From an uncultured Candidatus Binatia bacterium (GTDB lineage Bacteria > Desulfobacterota > Binatia > UBA9968 > JAJDTQ01): a stretch of 64,000 nucleotides of DNA. The first letter of the stretch is position 1. The number at the start of each line of letters is the position of its first letter. The DNA is taken from NCBI GenBank assembly GCA_965215605.1, contig OZ244070.1, forward strand, positions 1,856,001 to 1,920,000. Direction: 5' to 3'. This document shows positions 19,520 through 29,078 of the stretch, piece by piece. The notes under the pieces were generated by a model. The model saw nothing but the letters and a program-made list of their open reading frames with translations, was not told where the DNA came from and did no database searches. A program made the translations under genes and the position numbers.

Positions 19520-20479
19520 ATGACGACCATGATTACGGGCGCGGGGCTGGTGGGCTCCCAGATCGCGCGCATCCTCGTACAGCAGGGCGAGAAGCCTGTC
19601 CTGTTCGACATCGCACCCAACCTCAACGCCTTGGCGGACGTGGTGGACGTGGACGCGGTCACGCTGTTCCGCGGAGACCTGCTGAACCCCTTCGACCTCG
19701 GCAAGGTGATCAACGAGAACGGCATCACCCGCATCGTCCACACCGCCGCCTATCCCAACCTCGGCACCGGCGCCCAGGAGAACCCCTACGGCGCCATCCA
19801 GGTGAACATCATGGGCACCGCCAACGTCCTCGAGGCGGCGCGGCTCCACGGCGCTGAGCGGGTGGTGATGATCAGCACCGCGGCCGTGGCCAGGGGCGTG
19901 GCCGGCGGCGAGGACAACGGCGACCGCAGCAAGGAAGAGGCGCTGCCCCGGCCCAACTCCTTCTACTCCGCCACCAAGTGGGCGGGCGAGAACCTGGGCT
20001 ACAACTACGCGCGCTCCCACGGCGTTGATTTCCGCGCCGTGCGCTTCCCCAACGTATGCGGCCCCTGGATCCCGGGAGGCGGCGGCCGCCCCAGCGCCAT
20101 GTTCCGCACCCTGGTGGAGAAGTCCGTGGACGGCGTCGAGCATACCGTCCCGCCCGGCGTCATGGAGTGGCTCTACTCCAAGGACGCGGCCCGGGGCGTG
20201 GTCCTGGCCCTACAGGCCGAGGGCGTCAAGAGCCGCGTCTTCAACCTCGGCGTCGGCAAGCCCTATGACAACCAGGAACTCATCGACATCTTCAAGCAGG
20301 TGGTCCCCGGCGCCAAGCTCAGCATCGACGAGAGCGTGGCCACGTCACAGACGTCGTCGGTCTTCCTGGACATCACCCGCGCGCAGACGGAGCTGGGCTT
20401 CGATGCCGAGTATGACATCCCCGCCGCGGTGACGGACTTCGTGGGGTGGTACCGGCGGCTCAAGGGGAAGGGGAGCTGA
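19520..20479 (+). CDS. NAD-dependent epimerase/dehydratase
   Basis: ITGAGLVG, IVHTAA, VNIMGTANVLEAA, FYSATK (YxxxK). Confidence 0.88.
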   Translation: MTTMITGAGLVGSQIARILVQQGEKPVLFDIAPNLNALADVVDVDAVTLFRGDLLNPFDLGKVINENGITRIVHTAAYPNLGTGAQENPYGAIQVNIMGTANVLEAARLHGAERVVMISTAAVARGVAGGEDNGDRSKEEALPRPNSFYSATKWAGENLGYNYARSHGVDFRAVRFPNVCGPWIPGGGGRPSAMFRTLVEKSVDGVEHTVPPGVMEWLYSKDAARGVVLALQAEGVKSRVFNLGVGKPYDNQELIDIFKQVVPGAKLSIDESVATSQTSSVFLDITRAQTELGFDAEYDIPAAVTDFVGWYRRLKGKGS

Positions 20480-20483
20480 GGGC

Positions 20484-21359
20484 ATGGCTGATACAAGCGA
20501 TTACGTACCTCCCAAAGTCTGGACATGGGAACGCGAGAACGGCGGCCGGTTCGCCAACGTCAACCGCCCGGTTTCCGGCGCCACCCATGATAAGGAGCTG
20601 CCGCGCGGCAAGCACCCGCTCCAGCTCTATTCGCTGGGCACCCCCAACGGCGTCAAGGTGACGATCATGCTGGAGGAGTTGCTGGCGGCCGGCCACACCG
20701 GCGCGGAATACGACGCCTGGGTCATCAACATCCGCGAGGGCGACCAGTTCGGCTCCGGGTTCGTGGCCATCAACCCCAACTCCAAGATCCCGGCGCTGGT
20801 GGACTACTCCATGCCCACGCCCACACGGGTGTTCGAGTCGGGTTCGATCCTGCTCTACCTGGCCGACAAGTTCGGCGCCTTCGTCCCGGAGGACCCGTCG
20901 GAGCGTGCCGAGTGCCTGTCCTGGCTGTTCTGGCAGATGGGCTCCGCCCCTTATCTCGGCGGCGGCTTCGGCCATTTCTATGCCTACGCTCCCCACAAGA
21001 TGGAATACCCCATCGACCGTTTCACCATGGAGGTGAAGCGCCAGCTCGACGTCCTCGACAAGCGGCTGGCCGAGAACCGCTACGCCGCGGGCGACGTCTA
21101 CACCATCGCCGACATGGCCATCTGGCCCTGGTACGGCATCCTCACCACCGGCAGCCTCTACGGCGCCGCCGAGTTCCTCGACATCCAAACCTACACCAAC
21201 GTCCTGCGCTGGTTCGATGAAGTCGCGGCGCGCGACGCGGTGAAACGCGGGCGCATCGTCAACAAGACCTCCGGCCCCCTCGATCAGCAGCTCCGTGAGC
21301 GCCACGACGCCTCGGATTTTGAGTTGAGGACGCAGGACAAGCTTGAGGCGGCGGAGTAG
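20484..21359 (+). CDS. yghU: Glutathione-dependent disulfide-bond oxidoreductase (GST Nu class)
   Basis: YVPPKVW, LYSLGTPNGVKV, NPNSKIPAL, FESGSIL, ERHDASDF. Confidence 0.92.
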   Translation: MADTSDYVPPKVWTWERENGGRFANVNRPVSGATHDKELPRGKHPLQLYSLGTPNGVKVTIMLEELLAAGHTGAEYDAWVINIREGDQFGSGFVAINPNSKIPALVDYSMPTPTRVFESGSILLYLADKFGAFVPEDPSERAECLSWLFWQMGSAPYLGGGFGHFYAYAPHKMEYPIDRFTMEVKRQLDVLDKRLAENRYAAGDVYTIADMAIWPWYGILTTGSLYGAAEFLDIQTYTNVLRWFDEVAARDAVKRGRIVNKTSGPLDQQLRERHDASDFELRTQDKLEAAE

Positions 21360-21457
21360 CGACTAGAAAGCCACCAACCGAGATGAACAAGGGAGAAACG
21401 ACCAGAAGCTCAGTGCCAAGGCTACGCGTTAGGAAAGAAATAAGGTCTCGATCTGCC

Positions 21458-22057
21458 ATGAAAGCGAGCAATATCCGCGGTGAGCTTCGCATCCGCAGGG
21501 CACTACGCAACCGACACCTCCGCCACTATAGGAAGCAAGGTGAGGTATTGGTGTTAGATGAGCTAGGGCTGGCTCATGCCCGCAGCCGGGTCGACATGGC
21601 GGTCATTAACGGCTACGTCCACGGCTATGAAATCAAGAGTGCAGTAGATAAGCTTGATAGGCTGCCTCGTCAGTTGGATATCTACCGGAAGTCGCTCCAA
21701 AAGTTGACGCTGGTGGTTGCGCCTCGCCACTTGGAACCAGTGGAAATTGCGGTCCCGAATTGGTGTGGAATACTAGAGGTCGTGCAGGGGACTCGCGGTG
21801 GGATCGGGTTTCGATATGTTCAACGACCGCGAACTAATCCGGACGTGGATCCGTTTATGCTTGCGCATTTGCTCTGGCGGGAAGAAGCGTCGACGGCTTT
21901 GGCAGAACTGGGTGTGGCAAGGCGTGATCTAAAAGGGACACGTAAGGATCTCTATCGGTTGCTGCTTGAGATGATGTCTATGCCGGACCTTACGGCGTTG
22001 ATCAAACGATCAATGCTGCAGCGACGAAGTTGGCGAGATTTTCCACGACCAGTGTGA
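21458..22057 (+). CDS. sce7726-family protein (PD-(D/E)XK nuclease-like)
   Basis: DELG...RVDMAVING..HGYEIKS..DKLDRLPRQL..Y; start may be 21383. Confidence 0.75.
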   Translation: MKASNIRGELRIRRALRNRHLRHYRKQGEVLVLDELGLAHARSRVDMAVINGYVHGYEIKSAVDKLDRLPRQLDIYRKSLQKLTLVVAPRHLEPVEIAVPNWCGILEVVQGTRGGIGFRYVQRPRTNPDVDPFMLAHLLWREEASTALAELGVARRDLKGTRKDLYRLLLEMMSMPDLTALIKRSMLQRRSWRDFPRPV

Positions 22058-23102
22058 TGTGATGGTTTATCCCGACTTCCTTCCAGCGGGTAAGGTTGCT
22101 CGGGTTAGCATGACCGACGGCACAGTCGGCAATGTACTGATCACCGGAACAAAAGCCCTGACCGCGGAACTCGAAACGGGCACCGTTGACGATCTCGGCA
22201 CAATGTACGTGCATTTGCTCGGGATTGTCCCGGAACGCCCCGCCTTTGCGGGTAGCCCAGGTCGTAGAGGCCGTGTAGATGACCTTGCCGGCTGGTTTAA
22301 TCTTCCGCATGTCTACGGCGGTGAAGGCCGGATGGACAGTCGTATAGTCGCCATAGATTGGCCGCCGCATTCCCACCGGGAGTCGACTTAGCAAGGCTTG
22401 AAAGAAGAGCCAGTCATGGCGTGGAATTTCGTCAGAGCCCATAGCAATGTTTCCGAATGTTTCAGGAACAGCCGTGCTAATGAGTACGAAGGTTCTGAAG
22501 GCGTCGATATTGCCCAGACGCCGAATTGCCGTGATCAATGCATTTGCAAATGTGTGGTAGGGATGAAAGTTCGGCGCACGTAGATCGACGATCAGGTCCA
22601 CCTCCTGGGGCGTAAGCGCGAGCCCATTGGCCAAAGCCAATATCCTCGTTCTGGCCGCAGGTCGCATTAGATCTTCGAGCCTGATCGTTACGCCGGCTCC
22701 TTGGCGGTCGCGAGAGGTGGCCCGTGCGGCCGCTGAAACGGTGTCTATGTCAGCACCTAAGGGCACGGCGGGGATGGCAGTTGCGTTGTGGGGCCTGAGA
22801 CCGTCGAATACGTAGTCAAAGACGTGGCTTCCATCATCCATACGGCCAACGGCGATGGAGTCGTCCAGCATGATCCAAGCCGGACGCTTACCCCATTTGG
22901 CTTTGTAACGGGGGACAAAAGGAAGGACGTGTGCGTGGATCGTACTCTTAAGCTGCCGAGATTCAAAATCGAACTCTACTTCGGGAATCGAAATTAGGGG
23001 GACGACCTTGGCTTTGACCGGTTCTTTGAGGCGAAGTAGAGCTTGGTACTCGCCTTGCCGCCACCGCAAGGCGGGTACATACACGTCTTCACGCAAGATC
23101 AT
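22002..23102 (-). CDS. Beta family protein (T4 beta-like, PF14350-type)
   Basis: YVPALRWRQGEYQAL, VVPLISI, YGDYTTVHP, FCSGDQYI, WKEVGINHHI. Confidence 0.78.
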   Translation of the reverse strand: MILREDVYVPALRWRQGEYQALLRLKEPVKAKVVPLISIPEVEFDFESRQLKSTIHAHVLPFVPRYKAKWGKRPAWIMLDDSIAVGRMDDGSHVFDYVFDGLRPHNATAIPAVPLGADIDTVSAAARATSRDRQGAGVTIRLEDLMRPAARTRILALANGLALTPQEVDLIVDLRAPNFHPYHTFANALITAIRRLGNIDAFRTFVLISTAVPETFGNIAMGSDEIPRHDWLFFQALLSRLPVGMRRPIYGDYTTVHPAFTAVDMRKIKPAGKVIYTASTTWATRKGGAFRDNPEQMHVHCAEIVNGARFEFRGQGFCSGDQYIADCAVGHANPSNLTRWKEVGINHHITLVVENLANFVAAALIV

Positions 23103-24366
23103 CTGTGACCTCAGTGAATTGGTTACGGACACGGTCTTGGCCGACAAGGTGGTTTAGGATTGCGTAGTCGCCCTGTTCTTTGCGAATGCGCCCTGCGATG
23201 ATACTCGTATCGATACCAAGTGTTTCAGCGTCCAGACGGACGGCTTCTTCAGTCATTGCGAAGCGCGAAAGGCATTGATCCCAAGCCTCATCGGAGATGA
23301 GACAGTTTAGGGCGAACTGGTCGGCTTCCAGTTCTACACGATCACCTTCGGCTGGGCCTTCTTCGTCGAAGAAATCGTAGCGCAGGCCGGTCATCAGATG
23401 CAGGAACACGTGTCCCAATTCGTGGAGCAAGACAAACCAGAAGTTGTCTAGGCGGTCGTAGCGAAGTGTGAGGCCGACAACTGGGTGCCCATCGCCAGTC
23501 AACATTGCCGCGCCATCCAGATAGGTCCCGGGAAGGTGCTCTTCGGTGATCAACACGATTCCCTTCCGAGCCAACAGACCCCGTGCTCTTCTAGGACCGT
23601 CCGCGCGGCGTGTGAGGGCAACGAGGGCGGGCAACCAACGATCATCCAAGACGAACTCTGGCAACCCGCTGTGGGCTACCTTTTCGCGAGCCCGTTCAAG
23701 CACTCGCGCCTGCCATGCCAGCAGGGAGTACTCATTCGGTATTGTGCCGAAGTTGATTTTTTTTCGGTGAAACGCAGTCAGGAATTCGGGGCCAGCGGCT
23801 TCAAGGATGTATTCCTTGACCCTGTGCACGACATCGGCGCCTCGGGGCAGGTCAAACCAGCGTCTCTTACGCATCTCGTTAATCGGGAACTGTTGCCAGA
23901 GGATATCGTCGGCATTCGCCCACGAGACTACAGCACCGTGGGTCGTTCGGTCGCCCTCAAACAGGCCTGAAGTGTGGACATTGAGAATCTTCGAAATCTC
24001 GATTAGTCGCGCAAGGCTAGCACCCATATAGTTTGAAGCCTCATAGCGTTGAATTTGCTGGGGTTTTATGCCGAGCGTTTGCGCTAGATCAGTCTGGCTC
24101 ATACCGGCCGCAATGCGCGCCTCCACGAGCATTGAAGGCAGATTCTCAAGCGCGAAAGACTTGGCAAAGGTGAATTCACCTGCCTTCAGTAGGTCGTAGT
24201 GGGCGATCTCCGCTTCTAGTTCGGCGATCTGGCTTCGGAGAGCGGCAATCTGCGCATCGCGCAACCAAGCTTGATCGGGCTTGGAGGTTTGCGCGCTAGT
24301 TAGCGCATCTTTCAGCTTGGTCAGCTCGCGTTTCGAGATGCGGTATTGCTGATCGCTGTAGACCAT
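23089..24366 (-). CDS. XRE HTH + ImmA/IrrE metallopeptidase fusion
   Basis: ARIAAGMSQTDLA..IQRYE (HTH); LDGAA, LRYDRLDNFWFVLLHELGH (HExxH), EADQFA. Confidence 0.88.
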   Translation of the reverse strand: MVYSDQQYRISKRELTKLKDALTSAQTSKPDQAWLRDAQIAALRSQIAELEAEIAHYDLLKAGEFTFAKSFALENLPSMLVEARIAAGMSQTDLAQTLGIKPQQIQRYEASNYMGASLARLIEISKILNVHTSGLFEGDRTTHGAVVSWANADDILWQQFPINEMRKRRWFDLPRGADVVHRVKEYILEAAGPEFLTAFHRKKINFGTIPNEYSLLAWQARVLERAREKVAHSGLPEFVLDDRWLPALVALTRRADGPRRARGLLARKGIVLITEEHLPGTYLDGAAMLTGDGHPVVGLTLRYDRLDNFWFVLLHELGHVFLHLMTGLRYDFFDEEGPAEGDRVELEADQFALNCLISDEAWDQCLSRFAMTEEAVRLDAETLGIDTSIIAGRIRKEQGDYAILNHLVGQDRVRNQFTEVTDDLA

Positions 24367-24377
24367 GGCGCCACCTT

Positions 24378-24845
24378 TCATTGGATCATTGGCTCATTGG
24401 GCAATTCAATTAGGACGAGCCCTTTCTTGCGGCCGCTGAAACGCTCAATCTGGAAAAAGTCAATGAAAGTCGTGCCGGCTCGGTCCGCCGGCCAACCTGA
24501 GGGGAAGAACTCCCCTTTGTACTTATTTTTTTGGGCGGCGCGGTTATTCTCGAAGTTGAGGAAGACGGGATCGAGGAGCGTTGGATCGACCCCGCTTGGG
24601 TCCCAGCAGACATCGTAGTCGCGGGGGTTGGGTTTCGCGGTCACAAAACTGCCGTCCAAGTATAGGCGCTGGCAGCCCGCTTGCTTGAGGTTCCGAGAGG
24701 CGTCGAGAAGGCCGTGGAAAAGCGTCCTGCGCCACGGGTTGATGGCAAGGCTGGAAGCCACTTCCCTGAAGTCCGCGCTGTGCAAACCCTCGGGTAACAC
24801 AGACCAAGGCGCACCTGGGATGCAAATCAATGTCGGTAACACCAC
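24378..24845 (-). CDS. Minimal nucleotidyltransferase-like protein (DUF6932-like)
   Basis: LPEGLH, LYLDGSFVTAKPNPRDYD (GS...DxD), KKGLV. Confidence 0.72.
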   Translation of the reverse strand: MVLPTLICIPGAPWSVLPEGLHSADFREVASSLAINPWRRTLFHGLLDASRNLKQAGCQRLYLDGSFVTAKPNPRDYDVCWDPSGVDPTLLDPVFLNFENNRAAQKNKYKGEFFPSGWPADRAGTTFIDFFQIERFSGRKKGLVLIELPNEPMIQ

Positions 24846-24846
24846 C

Positions 24847-24879
24847 TACAACTATAATGTTGTAATGAGTGGATGTCAA
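24847..24879 (-). promoter_or_regulatory. Sigma70 promoter with overlapping palindromic operator
   Basis: Minus strand TTGACA-17 nt-TATAGT; inverted repeat TACAAC-N6-GTTGTA (24847-24864) over the -10 element. Confidence 0.7.
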
Positions 24880-25099
24880 CGGGTATTTCCTTGGCGCGCG
24901 TGCACCGGCAACGATGGAACCTTGCCGCAGATCGAGATGCGGTTCTGCGCCATCAATTTCTTCTGATGAAGTCATGGCTGGTCATGCGCTGGTCCTGTAG
25001 AGGTCGCCCAGGAACGTAGTGGAGCCACTCAGAGCGCACCCTTACGAAGGTCGTCCTAAGCTTCGGGAATCGTTCGGCGATGCGATCCTTGCCGCAGCG

Positions 25100-25220
25100 C
25101 CCTCAACGCCAACGCAGGCGTATCCGCCTACTTCCAGCATTCCCCCATCCAGCGGTTGTAGCTCCGGCATGGCGCGAGTTCGTTGTCGGGCCTAGTGTCG
25201 GCGGGCTGATGAAAAATCGC
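25100..25220 (-). pseudogene. Degenerate fragment of the amidohydrolase paralogues at 26.9-29.0 kb
   Basis: Encodes ELAPCRSYNRWMGECWK versus ELALCRSYNRWMGECWK; nucleotide similarity to about 28570-28690. Confidence 0.7.
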
Positions 25221-25459
25221 GGCGCGTGTTACGGTGATGCGGCGTGTACAGTCAAGATGACCACCGGCGCGTTCGACGGGCAAGTACGCGAGTGCCACAA
25301 CAGCTTGGACTTTGAGCTTCGGCCGCAAGATAAGATCGAGGCCGTTGAGTAGCAGCACAGGTCCAGTTTCCATAACGCTGCAGCCGAGGCCTTCTTTGTC
25401 GTGCTAGGGAGAGATCGCATGGCTGGTGTTCAGCCCCCTTGGAGCCGAGGCAAGGGGAA

Positions 25460-26782
25460 ATGGCGGGTGTCGTAGACCTTGGTAGTGACGACATGCACCG
25501 GGAATCGGCCGTCACTTGGCGCCGGCTATTCGCCGTGTTCTGGCGCATCGGCATCCTGTCCTTCGGCGGCCCGGCGGCACAGATCGCGCTCATGCACCGG
25601 GTCCTGGTGGAAGAGGAAGGGTGGCTCGACGAGCCCAGGTTCCTGGGCGCGCTCAGCTTCTGCATGCTTCTCCCCGGCCCCGAGGCCATGCAACTCGCCA
25701 CCTACTCAGGGTGGCAGCTTCGCGGCGTGCCCGGCGGGTTGGTCGCAGGCCTCCTGTTCGTGGTTCCGGGCGCCCTGGTGGTGCTCGGGCTGGCGATGCT
25801 CTATGCGGTCGGGGGCGATCTGCTGCTGGTGGCCGCGCTGTTCCTGGGGATCAAGGGCGCGGTCGTGGTCATCGTGATCGAGGCCCTGCTGAGGGTGGCG
25901 AACCGAGCGCTGCACTCCGCCGTGCACTGGATCGTCGCGGGCCTGGCCTTCGTGGGAATCTTCTTTCTGTCGGTCCCGTTCCCGGTCATTATCCTGGTAG
26001 CCGCCCTGACCGGATTTCTCTTGCTGGGCGGCCAGAGCGCCGCCGAGACCGGGGCCGGGCGAGGCGGCGGGTCTGTCTCCGGCACGGCGCGGACGGTCGC
26101 GTTGTGGATGGTTGTGTGGTGGGCTCCGGTGCTGCTGCTGGTGGCCGTGGGCGGCTACGACATCCTGGTGCAACTCGGCAACTTCTTCTCCCGCCTCGCG
26201 GTGGTCACCTTCGGCGGCGCCTACGCGGTGCTGGCCTACCTGGCACAGGACGTGGTGACCCATCACGGCTGGTTGACGGCCGGTGAAATGATGGACGGCC
26301 TGGGGCTGGCGGAAACCACCCCGGGGCCGCTGATCTTGGTGACGGAGTTCGTCGGTTACATCGCGGCATACCGGGCCAGCGGGCTGAGCATGGGCATTGC
26401 CGGTGCGTTGGTCACGCTCTGGGTCACGTTCGCACCCTGCTTCCTGTGGATATTCGTCGGCGCCCCCTACATCGAGCGACTCACGGCCCAGCCCCGGCTC
26501 AAGGGCGCCCTGGAGGCCATCACGGCGGCCGTGGTGGGCGTCATCCTGAACCTCTCTATCTGGTTCAGCCTGCACGTCCTGTTCGCCGAGCTGTCGTCGC
26601 ACCAGAGCGGCCCGGTCAAGCTCCTGGTGCCGGACTGGTATTCCCTGGACTGGCGGGTTGTGGCGGTCGGCGCCGTCAGCGCGATCATGCTCCTCTGGCG
26701 ACACCAGTCCCTCATGAGAACCCTGGCCGTCGCGGCGCTGATGGGCCTCGGGTTCGGTGCGCTGGGTTACCTTGCCGGATGA
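25460..26782 (+). CDS. chrA: Chromate efflux transporter (long-chain CHR)
   Basis: SFGGPAAQIA, LPGPEA, TFGGAYAVL, AETTPGP. Confidence 0.92.
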   Translation: MAGVVDLGSDDMHRESAVTWRRLFAVFWRIGILSFGGPAAQIALMHRVLVEEEGWLDEPRFLGALSFCMLLPGPEAMQLATYSGWQLRGVPGGLVAGLLFVVPGALVVLGLAMLYAVGGDLLLVAALFLGIKGAVVVIVIEALLRVANRALHSAVHWIVAGLAFVGIFFLSVPFPVIILVAALTGFLLLGGQSAAETGAGRGGGSVSGTARTVALWMVVWWAPVLLLVAVGGYDILVQLGNFFSRLAVVTFGGAYAVLAYLAQDVVTHHGWLTAGEMMDGLGLAETTPGPLILVTEFVGYIAAYRASGLSMGIAGALVTLWVTFAPCFLWIFVGAPYIERLTAQPRLKGALEAITAAVVGVILNLSIWFSLHVLFAELSSHQSGPVKLLVPDWYSLDWRVVAVGAVSAIMLLWRHQSLMRTLAVAALMGLGFGALGYLAG

Positions 26783-26877
26783 CGGAGAAGTGCTGTGCAG
26801 AAAATATATGCCTAACGCGGAATAACAAACCGCTGGGTTAACCCGCGCCAGGATCGGAGAACTCTTCTCGTCAACCC

Positions 26878-27909
26878 TCAAAGGTTGTACAGCGCCCGCG
26901 CGTTCCCGCCGGTGATCTTGGCCGCCACCTCGGGGCTCAGGCGCGGGTCGTTGGCGACGCCGTCTATGGCCAGCAGTTCGGTGGCGCTGTCCGCGTGGCC
27001 GTAGTCGGTGCCCACCACCAGGTGGTCCTCGCCGGCGTTGTCGATGATGTAGGGTAGGTCGTCGGTGGTCTCGCACCCGACCCAGATCCGGTTCTTTGCC
27101 AGCAGCTCGTTCCGTTTGAACCCCTGCTCCTTTACGTACGGGCGTTTGTACAGGTCGGTCAGCGCGTAGGGCAGCCACTGCGCGCTGACCTCCAGGAACC
27201 CCATCTTGAGCTGTGGGAATCGCTGAGGGATTCCGCCCGCGACGATGGTGTGGAACGCCCCCACCACCACCAGCTTGAACTTCGAAAAGGCCACGGGCTC
27301 ATACTTGTAGTAGTCGAACAGCACGGAGCTGCCGTTGGAGGCGTGGATGCACACCGGGATGTCCAGCCGGCCGGCGGCGTCGTACACCGGATAGAAGAAG
27401 GGATCGTTCAGCAGCCGTTCGCCCTCGGAGCCGCGCATGTAGATGCCCACCGCGCCGTTCTCCTTGGCCAGCCGGGCTTCCTCATGCACCTGGTCCGGGC
27501 TGAGGAGCGGCACCATCGCCACCCAGCGCAGGCGGTTGTCGGACTGTTTCCAGCACTCGCCCATCCAGCGGTTGTAGCTGCGGCACAACGCCAGCTCGAT
27601 CTCGGGCCGGGGCGTCAGCGGGATGATGAAGATGGTGGGGAAGATGACCTGGATGTCCACGTTGAGCTCGTCCATGTGCTTGAGCCGCGCGGCCACGTCA
27701 CGCAGTTCGCGGGACTCCAGCGGCGTGTCCTTGCCCACGTTCCGGGTCTTGAGCCGCAGGGTTCCGTCCACCAGCCAGTACTCGTCCCCGGAGCCCGAGC
27801 CGTTGGTGGAGCCGACGACCTCGGGCCGGTACTTGCGGTCCGCGCCGTCCATGAACTCCCAGGTTTCCTCGGTTTCGAGAACGTGTGCGTCAGCGTCGAT
27901 TCTGAGCAT
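26878..27909 (-). CDS. Amidohydrolase family protein, tandem paralogue 2
   Basis: IDADAHVLE, IFPT, VCIH, GTDYGH. Confidence 0.9.
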   Translation of the reverse strand: MLRIDADAHVLETEETWEFMDGADRKYRPEVVGSTNGSGSGDEYWLVDGTLRLKTRNVGKDTPLESRELRDVAARLKHMDELNVDIQVIFPTIFIIPLTPRPEIELALCRSYNRWMGECWKQSDNRLRWVAMVPLLSPDQVHEEARLAKENGAVGIYMRGSEGERLLNDPFFYPVYDAAGRLDIPVCIHASNGSSVLFDYYKYEPVAFSKFKLVVVGAFHTIVAGGIPQRFPQLKMGFLEVSAQWLPYALTDLYKRPYVKEQGFKRNELLAKNRIWVGCETTDDLPYIIDNAGEDHLVVGTDYGHADSATELLAIDGVANDPRLSPEVAAKITGGNARALYNL

Positions 27910-27930
27910 TTCGTTTCCTCCAGTCCGATC

Positions 27931-28962
27931 TCAAAGGTTGTACAGCGCCTGCGCGTTTCCCCCGGTGATCTTGGCGGCCGCCTCCGGCGTCAGCCGCGGG
28001 TCGTTGGCGACCCCGTCCAGGGCCAGCAGCTCGGTGGCGCTGTCGGCGTGGCCGTAGTCGGTGCCCACCACCAGGTGGTCCTCGCCGGCGGTGTCGATGA
28101 CGTAGGGCAGGTCGTCGTTGGTCTCGCAGCCGACCCAGATGCGGTTCTGTGACAGCAGCTCCTTCTTGCTGAACTCCTTGCCGGTCATGTGGTGGCGCTT
28201 GTACAGGTCGCTCAGCGCGTAGGGCAGCCACTGGGAGCCCACCTCCAGAAACGCCATCTTGAGCTTCGGGAACCGCTCGGGGATCTTGTCCATGATGATG
28301 GTATGGAAGGCGCCCACCACTACCAGCTTGAATTTCGAGAAGCCCACGGTCTCGTACTTGTAGTAATCGTACAGCACGGGGCTGCCGTTGGAGGAGTGGA
28401 TGCACACCGGGATGTCGAGTTTCTCGGCGGCGTCGTAGACCGGGTAGAAGTGGGGATCGCTCAGCAGCCGCTCTCCCTCGGAGCCGCGCATGTAGATGCC
28501 CACCGCGCCGTTCTCCCTGGCCTGCCGGGCCTCCTCGTACACTTGCTCCGTCTTCAGCAGCGGCACCACCGCCACCCAGCGCAGGCGGTTGTCGGACTGC
28601 TTCCAGCATTCGCCCATCCAGCGGTTGTAGCTGCGGCACAGCGCCAGTTCGATCTCGGGCCGGGGCGTCAGCGGGATGATGAATATGGTGGGGAAGATGA
28701 CCTGGATGTCCACCTTGAGCTCGTCCATGTGCCTGAGCCGGACCGCTACGTCGCGCAGTTCGCGGGATTCCAGCGGCGTGTCCTTGCCTACGTTGCGGGA
28801 CTTGAGTCGCAGGGTACCGTCTACCAGCCAGTACTCGTCGACTTCGCCAGAGCCGTTCAGGGAGCCGACGACGTCGGGCCGGTACTTCCGGTCGGCGCGG
28901 TCCATGAACTCCCAAGTCTCCTCGGTTTCGAGGACGTGAGCGTCTGCGTCGATTCTGAGCAT
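27931..28962 (-). CDS. Amidohydrolase family protein, tandem paralogue 1
   Basis: Same motifs and same length (343 aa) as its neighbour. Confidence 0.9.
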   Translation of the reverse strand: MLRIDADAHVLETEETWEFMDRADRKYRPDVVGSLNGSGEVDEYWLVDGTLRLKSRNVGKDTPLESRELRDVAVRLRHMDELKVDIQVIFPTIFIIPLTPRPEIELALCRSYNRWMGECWKQSDNRLRWVAVVPLLKTEQVYEEARQARENGAVGIYMRGSEGERLLSDPHFYPVYDAAEKLDIPVCIHSSNGSPVLYDYYKYETVGFSKFKLVVVGAFHTIIMDKIPERFPKLKMAFLEVGSQWLPYALSDLYKRHHMTGKEFSKKELLSQNRIWVGCETNDDLPYVIDTAGEDHLVVGTDYGHADSATELLALDGVANDPRLTPEAAAKITGGNAQALYNL

Positions 28963-29078
28963 TTTCGTTCCCTGTTCGGTGCCTTCGGTTGGACGGGCCG
29001 CGGGCGTGTTTTCAATCTACCCGACTTGCGTTCACAAGCCCTGCATTCGTGTCCCTGTATCCGAACTCCGTGTGGGAA

